Source: Chrysomallon squamiferum
Taxonomy: Eukaryota; Animalia; Mollusca
Assembly: GCA_012295275.1 (NCBI GenBank)
Contig: CM022665.1
Span: 37,138,001-37,202,000 of the forward strand
Length of the DNA stretch: 64,000 bases
Reading direction: 5' to 3'
Made by a program: the position numbers and the translations under genes. This document shows, in pieces, positions 54,511-64,000 of this stretch. Each line of letters begins with the position of its first letter. Position 1 is the stretch's first letter. The notes under the pieces are model-generated. The model made no database searches. It was not told where the DNA came from and saw only the letters and a program-made list of their open reading frames with translations.

Positions 54511-57072
54511 AAATAATATCCTTATACTTGAGTGTTACTTTTCACAAGAATGAATAAAACCCAACTTGTTCTGTGCAAACTAATAGCCAAGGTAGGCTAT
54601 AAATAACTTAGGTTATCCAGCTAAAAGAGAAAACGGCTATCGAATAACAAATGAACTCATTTATGATAATAAAATTGGCATTACCTGTATTGATCTTCAC
54701 CATTTCGTAATGAACTGTATGTGTAAAAGCTTTACTAAATTAGTTGATTGCATTATCAAATTATATAGTAGTTACTGAAATATTTAGGATTGCTTATCTG
54801 AACGGAAACAGCTTAATAATAATAATAATAATAATAATACTGAAGTTTATGAAAATACAGTTACAAATTAGTCTGTTTCTGAATGAATAAATCGGAATAA
54901 ATATTTTAACAAAGCAGTAAACATAATTATATTTATAACTCATACGTACAGCTAAAGACCATAAGTAAATAAAATGAGAAAATAAATCCGCTGCCATCAA
55001 ATCATAGCTTACTCTCTTTCGATTGGCTGATTTAATAAAATGTGTATACGAATTATGTGTTTACAGATACTGTTTTAAAACATTTCAAACAATTTGATAT
55101 CCTAATTACAGAACCCTCATTGGAACAGGAATTTTCCCAGAGGAATATACCTATAATACTAAAATCAGTTTAATAATTCAATAAGAATGTTACAACTGGT
55201 CATTTTCTTTTTTCGTTTTTCGATCTATTTTTCTTCTTCTTGCTATTTCCTCCTGTTTATCTTAGATGGATGGATATTCATTACAAGAGAAAAGAAATCG
55301 GATAACAGTTCATGTATAAGTCTGTACAAATTATTTAAAACTATATAAGCGTTTGTTTCTAGTGTCACGGGAACAAGTGAGGCAGATTAGCACAGCCATG
55401 ATGATGTGAATGAATGTCATAACTGTCTACGGCTGTTCCTGTCGTTATTTACCTGCAGATTTTGCTGTCAAGCTCTGACGGAGCTATCCGTCATGATCAT
55501 ATCATAGTATTTTACCCTGGAGTTATAAAACAAATCTTAATTAAAATGTTACGTACAGTTTTAACTGAAGTTTCGCGTTAACGAGCGGCATAATAATTAT
55601 CATGAAACGCGGATATTTGCGTTGTTTTATCAAACCGTTATACTGACAGTGAAATCTAATTGTTAATGCTTCGTTTTGTTTTGTTTGTTTGGGGTTTTTT
55701 GGGTTTTTTTTTTTTTTTTTAAATTTATTTTATGAATGAAAACAAGTTGTACCTCTTATTATATATATAGCCTGAATTTCACTACTATGGCACAATTTTA
55801 TCGCTCGGTCTCGGTCGTATTACTTAAAATATCATTTACGAAATAAATAAAAATCGCTGTGTGATAGTAGTAAGATAATGAAAGAAGAAAATAAAGATCC
55901 TGTAATAAATAATAAAACTCAGACCTACACTTCAACAACTAATTACAGTACCTTTAACTGTAATGATCAGAGTTACGTTTAAATGAAGGAAGTCGTCATC
56001 TGGGGTCGAAAACGCGAGTTTAATCCTAAAAATCTGGTTAAATGTTGACCGAGTCAATATTTGTGTGTGCAAAAGGTTTAAGATTTATCTTCTCATTTTC
56101 ATCCCTTGAGGCCTAACAACAGTACGCCAAAGAATGTGTCCAATCAGCTGACAAACTATTTTCATTAAATTCTTCATCATATTCTTTTGTCTTAATGTTT
56201 TACATCGGGCCAAGTTGAAAGCCTTAAATAAACATGTGCAAGTCGGGTCAGAAGCCTTCGTTTGTGGGCAGGAAAGCAGCAATGGGCAACACGTTGTAGA
56301 CAAAGGAACTATTGGCCCCTTACCAAGCAGTGTGCAGACGGGAATCATGTTGAAGTTGGCTCGTAAAAATGAATACACTTAATTTGTCCCAACTGTGTAA
56401 ACCAACAGTCTGCCCCAAAGACAAATGGTCATAATTTTGGATTTCAATCATCACCTGATGAAATGTGCACTTCGTTGGAATAACAATGCTAAAAGCATTG
56501 TCTACATTTCCTTCTGTCCTGACTGCTCTGCACACGAATCATGCGGTGACGTCACTTTATGGCAACCGTTTTTGGTTCAATTATGCAAATTCTTTAATTT
56601 GTTTAATTAAATTCTTGAAATGAAACTGTTATTACATGTTTTATTTATTATCAAGAAATACGCACAATAAAACTATCGTAATATTTTGTTGTTGTTGTTG
56701 TTTTTTAATGTTACGTTACTGGTATTTTTTGTTTTAAAACAACGACAATCTCTGTAGAGTTTGTGGGGTTATCGGGGTTTTAGATCTTACGTGTTTGCTG
56801 TTTAGACTGTTTCTTCTTCCTTTCGTATTTTCGCAAAATCTTATATCTGTCATTATTTCCTCTTTATTGTTTTATTATCTCTTACATTCAAGCCTTTAGC
56901 TATCAATAACTTAATTAAAACACAAATTAAATAAACCACAACTCTCAGCATTAACTCCTCGTTGATAAACTTTGAATAACTTCGACTCTTAGCATTAGCA
57001 CTGAAGTACGTTTATCACCACCTGCTTATCAAAATATTTCATTCATAAGACTCTTTCGTGTCTTTTTTTCAG

Positions 57073-57321
57073 AAATTGCACCTCCTAGGAACTGTACAAA
57101 CAATGGATGTATGTCCATAGGGAACGAGGTAACAATGCAGTGCCCGTCTGACTCGGACCTTTTCACAAACATCACTGAAATGGGAGAACACTCGGAATGT
57201 CGGTGCAACATGTCCTACTGTACACGTCCAACATGTGCAGCAGGATTTCACAGTGTCCTTCTTAACGAAGGGGATGGTACTCCAGGACTGTGCTGTGATG
57301 AATTTGTGTGCAGACGTACAG
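57073..57321 (+). CDS. CRIM1: CRIM1-like protein, internal coding exon (cysteine-rich CPxDS repeat)
   Basis: Acceptor TCTTTTTTTCAG| (AG 57071-72) and donor ACAG|GTATGT (57322). The exon is 249 nt, phase 1-1, in frame with exon 1. It encodes (E)IAPPRNCTNNGCMSIGNEVTMQCPSDSDLFTNITEMGEHSECRCNMSYCTRPTCAAGFHSVLLNEGDGTPGLCCDEFVCRRT. GDGTPGxCCDxFxC and CPxDS are characteristic of CRIM1. Confidence 0.92.
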
Positions 57322-59401
57322 GTATGTACTTTTAAATTGTACAGGAGATGGTATACTCTTTTAGTCTGTATCTCGTTTTCTAGAAGATAATACTAAAATT
57401 ATTGTTATTTATTGTTGTTAATACAATAGTAATGATAATGATAATGTTATTGTAGTTTTTATCATTATTGTTTTATTATCATATATAATTATCTGTGACC
57501 ACTATTACTTGTAGTTTTCTTATCATCATCATCATCATCAACATTATAATATTATCATTATTTTTAGTAATAGTAGTAGTAGTAGTAGTTACAGTGATAA
57601 TAACAAAAATATATACAACAAAAGAAACTTTTTTTTAAATATTTTATTTTAAAAAAAAACCCAATAAATAACAAAAAACAACCTTTCATCCAGTCATAAG
57701 AACTTCATTAATTCTGTGATCCAATTTCCTTAGGTGAGTGCTCTACCACTGGGCTACACCAGACACACTCTCACATCCCTGAATCTTGAAAATCTTTGCA
57801 TTTGGTAATCAAATATTTGAATGGTGAGGTAAATGTCAGGTGTTTGTGTTGAATCACACAACAAAGTTTAAACAGTAAAGGTTGTGTTACAATAACTTGC
57901 ATTAAAAGTGTTTAAACAAGGAAAGGTTGCTTACTTTTAGTGTCAATATGAAATGTTTGTATCAACAAACAGATGGATACTTCTGTTGCTGAGCACTTTG
58001 ATTTAACTACAACATTAAATATAATCTAATAAAGAAAGGACATTACGTACAATGATCTTTGTTAAATAATTGTTGTTGTTATGGTATTTTTATTTTTTAT
58101 TATTTTATTTGTTATAATTTTTTATTATTGTTGTTTTTATCATCGTTACCATTATTATTATTATTTAAGCCTCTTCAAGAAATAAAAGTAATCTTTTACT
58201 CTGTATTCAGAACTTACCAAATAATTTTGTACTATCTTAGTTTACAAGCTTAATATCAAATAGATCCACCATTATAACACAAGTTTTTTTTCCTTCATTT
58301 AAATTTGAATTTTTTTTTTTTTTTTCCACAAGCTTTCATCAGAAAAACATTCACCAGAATCAACAGGTCTCTTTAATATTTGCACCAAACATCTTTTTTA
58401 TGCACTTTTTAACAGGAAACCAGATATCATTGCTTTTGATGCATAACGTACTGAAGCACTGAAAAGACTTCTGAAAATGAATTAAAAAAACCATCTTTGC
58501 TTAAGATCTGTTCATGAAATATACAAATGGGTGGAAGAAGATGTTTCATATATTATTTTGAGGAATATTTAAAAAAACAATTTTGGGCAAATTTGCAAAG
58601 ACATTTTTCTTACTAGTATGTTGTATTGTCCTTAGCAAAGTATATAGTATGTTTGGACAATCAGGCAGTACAGTTAAAAATAATTATAAGTTAAAGCCTC
58701 CCATCCCCAATTTCTTTCTTCATCTTTTTAATTTATGAATTTCTTTTTTTGTTTCAGCTTTTGTATTTTTTGTATCTTGTATTTTATTATTATTATTATT
58801 ATTTTATTACCATCAACATCATAATCAGTATCATTTTCATTATTTATTTATTTATTTTTTTTTTTTTTTTTTTTTATTTTTATTTTTAATGAAATTTGGT
58901 TTGGTGTAGAATGCAGTTAGTGTATTTTACTGAGCCAGCTTTGATTCATAAAATAAATTCTCAATCCTCTTGTTCAGTTATTTCCTGTACTAGACAAGGT
59001 TTCAACACTGGTTTATCAAACATGACAAACACTTGCTTTTCTTTTAGAAGGTAGTTAAAAAGAATCTTGTTGCTAATTAAAAATAGTAGTATATGAGGTT
59101 TCCATTATTTAAAAAAAAAAAAAAAAAAAAAAAAATAAAAAGAAAAAAAGGCAGTATGTTTGGTACCTAGTACTCATTAATATTAAAATGTGTTAGTGTG
59201 TCATTATTCATTAATTTTTTCCATTTCTACCTGTCATCCTTTTTTTTTTTTTATAATTTTTTTATATTATCACTTTTTTCCTTTTTTAATTTCTTTTTTC
59301 CAGTGTTTAATTTTTGGTTTCCTTTTATAAATTTATTATTATTATATTTTTTATTTATTTATTTTTTTATCCTTTTTTTATAATTTGTTGTCTTTTTAAA
59401 A

Positions 59402-59432
<31 letters not shown>

Positions 59433-60605
59433 TTTTTTTTTTTTTTTTTTTTTGACAAATGAAAAATGAAGACAGGGGGAGGAAACATTTGTCTGTTATC
59501 TTCATCATCACCTTGCCTCACATTTCCTCTTCACTTGATTGTGGAAGACTGTGATATAAAGAACATAACTTCCATTCTAATATTTCAGCATGATTGAATA
59601 CATTCACTGCATACCTTCACAGCAGGGCTTTTAATCTAATGTCAGATGATTTTGCAAAGCTGTAGCATTCAGTGACATTTTTTTTATTTTATTTTTTCAC
59701 CAACTATATATATATATATATATATATATATGTCTTTTTATGTCTTCTTTATAACTTGTATGAAACTAATTTTATTATCACACAAAAGAGTAAAAAAATG
59801 ATATTATGTTTTCACAGCCCTGATGTCAAATGTTTATATATATTATGTTATAAACGGATGTAAAATTTGCTTTTAAGTGTAAATTAAAACCATGAACATA
59901 AAATGAATTAATGAGTTTTTAATAAAATTTAAAATGACAAATAGAGAATCAGCAACTGATTAGAAGTGTGACAGAAATGATATTTTAAGAATAAGTGAAA
60001 CTTGCAGCATTTTAACACTGAAAAATATAATGAAATTATTAGATTTTTTTAGATTTATCAGTATAGTAAAATTGCTGCTGGAAAGATTTTAAAAATAAGT
60101 GTAATTAAGAAACAAGAAAGTAATAATTACTTCTCAAGGTGTTTTTAAAATTTGGAAAAATGGAAAAATTAAAATTGGAATTGTTTATAATATAAATTAA
60201 AATGATAAATGTTTAATCAATAAACTGTAAAATAGTTACTTAAAATATTTTAAATATAAATTTTATCATAATTATAAACTTAACTAGCTCAGAGATGTCC
60301 CAGTACTGTTACAGAACCCCTGAAATATATTTTCATGTCTGGAGGAACCATCAGTCTATGTATTTAAATAATATATATATATATATATCATTCATTCATT
60401 CTTTAGTTACTAGGTAATAAAAGTTTAACAGATATTTTCATTGTAAATTAAAACCAGAAATCCAAAATAAACGAGACAGTAAAATTAATACTTTGTGACG
60501 TGTTTCCAACGTAAACCAAAACCCAGAAACAAATAGTGCAGAACGTTTTTGTTGACAAGATCATGTTTAACGTGAGTAAAAAAAAAAGAATATGTTTTGT
60601 TTTAG
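57322..60605 (+). other. CRIM1 intron (3284 nt, GT-AG, phase 1)
   Basis: GTATGT...TTTTAG. The joined protein (FVCRRT-AACRSVICPP) is colinear with CRIM1. Confidence 0.88.
57710..57765 (-). mobile_element. tRNA-derived SINE head remnant
   Basis: GGTGAGTGCTCTACCACTGGGCTAC is the reverse complement of GTAGCCCAGTGGTAGAGCACTCACC, an A-box/D-arm typical of tRNA-derived heads. The rest of the cloverleaf is absent. Confidence 0.55.
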
Positions 60606-60717
60606 CTGCCTGTCGCTCAGTGATATGTCCACCCAAAGAAGACAAAGGCTGTCCATCTGATAGTCTGAGATTACCTCACCGCGTCACTGATGATGGCTGC
60701 TGTTACATAACACAAGG
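60606..60717 (+). CDS. CRIM1: CRIM1-like protein, next internal coding exon (gene continues beyond the window)
   Basis: Acceptor TTTTGTTTTAG| (AG 60604-05) and donor AAGG|GTAAGT (60718). The exon is 112 nt, phase 1-2. It encodes (A)ACRSVICPPKEDKGCPSDSLRLPHRVTDDGCCYITQ(G), colinear with the recalled vertebrate CRIM1 segment CRTVECPPVQQTACPPDSYETQVRLTADGCC. Confidence 0.92.
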
Positions 60718-62379
60718 GTAAGTTAATACTTCTATTTTTTTTGTCAGTTTTATCCATCCATTCATCTGTCTGATGTAAACAAAATAGAAATGGTTGTTAT
60801 AAAATAGTCTAAATAAAATATACTTCTTTCAGGGGGGGTGTGTGTGATAAGATTTCAGTATGTTACTAATATACAACAACAATAGTGATAATAATAAGGA
60901 GAATAACAAAAACAACAGCAGTAATAATCAAAATAGATGAATTGATGGAGGTTTCTTTTATATGCAACAAGCTAAATTGTCAGAAGGACTGTTTTATATT
61001 TTTTAAATAGTATTTTTAGTTCAGTCTTTATGGAACATCCACAGGCTGTTTTGATTTTTATTCTTTGCTTTTCGAAAACTAGGACCCCATAGAATTTCAT
61101 ATATTATCTTTGTTTTGTAGTCTATAATATAGTTAAATTTTATTTCACAGACTTTGTGAAATATCCAGTCCTAAATATTAGCATTTAAAAATGTCTGACT
61201 ATCTTATGATCTTGTATAGAGAAATATAAATATTTCAGTCATGGTCCCTTTCACAGTTTTGTCATGCATCTTTAGATCCAACCAGCCTCCCCCTGAGTAT
61301 TAAATTTTCATTCAGAGGCTTCAGATGAATATTTAAGACAAATCTTAAAGAAAGAAAATAGAATTAAAAAAAAAAAAATCTACAGATAACCATAGAGATC
61401 TAAGATGTTGCCTGCTTTCTTCACTCTTCACTTGTGTTCTAACATAATACACAGTTGCATGTGGACTAACGAGTTTTAGCTTGCAAGCAGCCCAAGACAG
61501 GTATGCCTGAGCTTTCAGTTAAAATAAGCATATTTTTTATTGTTAACTGATGCACTGTAGTGTGTATAAACGTAAAAAATCTTTAATGCCAGCCAACATA
61601 TTGTTTTCCATCATTGATGGTTTTATCTCCAAGTTCTGTTAAAAAAGAAAATTCCAAAAAAAGAGAAGAAAAAAAGACATTTAAAAAATAGTACCAGTCT
61701 GTTCATTATATTGCTTTAAATTTGTTAACTTTAATGATAAAAATCCTGTTTGAATGTTTGAAGAAGAATATTTATAGCCTCAGTTATACCATTATCAAGA
61801 CTTTTTCCATTTTTTTTTTTTTTGTCTGAAGAGTTTTATTATTATTTTTTTAATCAGTTGTTTTCTGTTTCGAGATATATCTCTGCAGGTGCTATCTCTT
61901 CTCCATGTTGTAATGTTTGGTTCCTTGCTCAAAATAGGAGTAATAACTGCCAGTCAGAGTAAATTATTATGTAACACCTGTCACCATCACTCCATTGTTC
62001 CATTATCTGCATAACTTACATACACTTTCTTTTTGTACTTTCATGCCCTCATCCCATCCATTTGCCACCAGTCTGCTATCCATCCATTGCTTTGTACATC
62101 TATTATTCATTATTCCTTTCATTTTTGCATTCACTTTCCATCCATCCACCCATCCATCTGTCTCCTACTAATGATAGTCACATAATTTAAAACATTTAGG
62201 TTAAGATATTTTGTTAATTAAAACTGGGCTCCAACTAAGTAACTGAGACAAACTTTGGTTCAGATGTATTGGTTATTTACCCATATTTAATATTTAAGAA
62301 TAACTGGTTTAAATTTAAATAAAGAAAGAAAAGAAAAAAGAAAATAAAAGAAAAAAAAAACAAAAGGGTGGGCAAATAT

Positions 62380-62970
62380 GGTTGATTGACATGTTTAAAG
62401 ACAGGAAAAAAAAGCATATAGTCAGTTACAGTTTGGAAGCCTCTATAAATTAACCAAAAACAAGCAATGAGTAAAGTTGACCTGTACCACAGTCAAAAGA
62501 AGACACATGTTCAACTCGTGATCCACATTCTGAAAACTGTTATGTCAAGGTATATTTTTTCAATAAACAAACTGTATATGGACAAAAACACATGCGTAGA
62601 CATGAACAATAGGTTTGAAACTGTTTAGTATGGAACAAACTAATAAAAACCTTTTTTTTTTTTTTAAAAAAGCCTAAAAATTAAGTTAACATATACTATA
62701 CCAAAATAAAACAATTAAATAACAAATAAATAAAGACACATTCAGTTATAATGATCGTTGTCTGCAGTTTGTAGTAGACACTATTTCTAGAATTTGTTTA
62801 TATTTTTTAACAAAAAAAGATTGTAATTGAGATTGACATGTATATGGACAAAAACAGATCCATGATCATAAACTGGAGTTTGAAATTTCAGTGTCTAGTA
62901 TATAAAAAATAATAAAAACAAGGCCACTGTGGTTGACATGAGGACAAATCGAGACACATGCTCACACAAA
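62380..62970. repeat. Decayed long-unit repeat (TTGACATGTATATGGACAAAAA..CACATG)
   Basis: TGTATATGGACAAAAA at ~62573 and ~62839, with weaker TTGAC..CACATG copies at ~62386, 62478 and 62933. Confidence 0.5.
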
Positions 62971-63371
62971 CCTGCAGAATATCTTACTGTCACACTGATC
63001 ATTTCATCAGCAAGATGAACCACTGAGATCTGAATTACTGCAGCTTTGTGGAGGATAACATGTGAGCAGATTGTCCTTTCTGTCCACCCATCTCACTAAA
63101 TAGCCGTGACACTTTGCCCTTGGTCAGTAGCATACTTACAGGAGCGTAAAACTCACTTTGTTCACAGATTAAAGGTGTCAGTGTGAGTTTTCGTCAGTTT
63201 GAAATGTGATAACATCTAAACAGAAATCCTTCAATTTACATGACATTCATACTGGAATTAGATTTGTTTTAATCCTTTCAGAACACTAAATAATATAAAA
63301 AAGGTATAGGTTATAACTGTTTAATGTCTGCTCAAAAATGATTTTTGTAGATATTAATATTTTAGTTTAGT

Positions 63372-63660
63372 GGGTGGGTTGTAGATGAGAGTTCAGTGAG
63401 ATGTCCCAAGGCACAGTGGCTTGAGGGATCATTCCTCTCTGTGAGGTTATTTACAATTCAAAACATTAAACCAAGACTGGTTCATTATAGGCTGTGGTAT
63501 ATACTTTACTGTCTATGAGAAGGTGCATATGAAAACGTATCTTGTTGCTAATCATTAAATCTACACCTTTGAATGGCTGTTTTGGTTTTCTCTTTCACAT
63601 AATAATTTTATAATACAAATTACATTAAAGAGTTGTAAAAAAGTTAAATTTTATTTTATG
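63372..63660 (+). mobile_element. Degenerate near-full-length tRNA-derived SINE (Meta/MESC-like central domain)
   Basis: Order of parts: GGGTGGG..GTAG head, GGGATCATTCC B-box remnant, core GACTGGTTCATTATAGGCTGTGGTATATACTTTACTGTCTATGAGAAGGTGCATATGAAAACGTATCTTGTTGCTAATC, then GGTTTTCTCT and an AT tail. It resembles, from recall, an abundant gastropod SINE consensus and is similar to other copies in this window. Confidence 0.65.
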
Positions 63661-64000
63661 AACAGTAATTTTCCACAAATGAAACAAATTCTGAACAGTT
63701 AATCTCCTTACATCGGATTCAAATATAATAATTAATAATAATAAAGAATAATAAAGAAACTAACAGAATGAACAAATAAAATAAAATAAGACTGAACTAG
63801 TAATCCACTGATTTTAACAAATCACTGAATCACTGAACCTGTATTTTTTTGCTGTATAATTGTTGGTGTGGGAGGGAGCTATAAAACATTTTTATGTCAT
63901 TCTCCTCTGTGAAATCTGTTGAACAAATGTTTATGTAACAAGCAAATAGTGTAGGATTAACATTTTATAGTGACTACATGTAATAGAAAATGCAAATAAA

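Noticed and set aside
56085-56610. Cys-rich short ORFs upstream of exon 2 (e.g. LCKPTVCPKDKWS)
   Set aside because: In-frame stops, no suitable splice sites and no recognisable family.
59540-59562. Partial similarity to miR-7 (TGGAAGACTGTGAT); similar partial matches to miR-184 (~47473) and miR-2 (~58933)
   Set aside because: The matches are incomplete and no precursor hairpin is evident.

Overview
AT-rich, microsatellite-laden eukaryotic (animal, most likely molluscan/gastropod) genomic DNA, not prokaryotic. The only supportable protein-coding gene is the 5' part of a CRIM1 (cysteine-rich motor neuron 1/crimpy) orthologue on the + strand. Exon 1 (29452-29761) encodes a signal peptide plus IGFBP domain. 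A 27.3-kb intron follows, then exon 2 (57073-57321) and exon 3 (60606-60717), which encode CRIM1-type CPxDS cysteine-rich repeats. All junctions are canonical GT-AG with matching phases, and the gene runs off the window end. The upstream 29 kb has no recognisable coding gene. The rest is microsatellites, decayed minisatellites, about a dozen old copies of a tRNA-headed SINE and short CpG-retaining blocks that look regulatory. Most other ORF-track entries are repeat artefacts. I found no clearly novel multi-gene system. The best leads concern CRIM1 regulation: a 21-bp-periodic array of TEAD-type CATTCC sites upstream, dense CAGGTG/CAGGTA (Snail/ZEB-type) clusters, stacked uORFs, an abrupt CpG-depletion boundary after exon 2, loss of a conserved Cys-Cys pair, and possible short IGFBP-only isoforms. 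Family assignments are from recall, not database searches.
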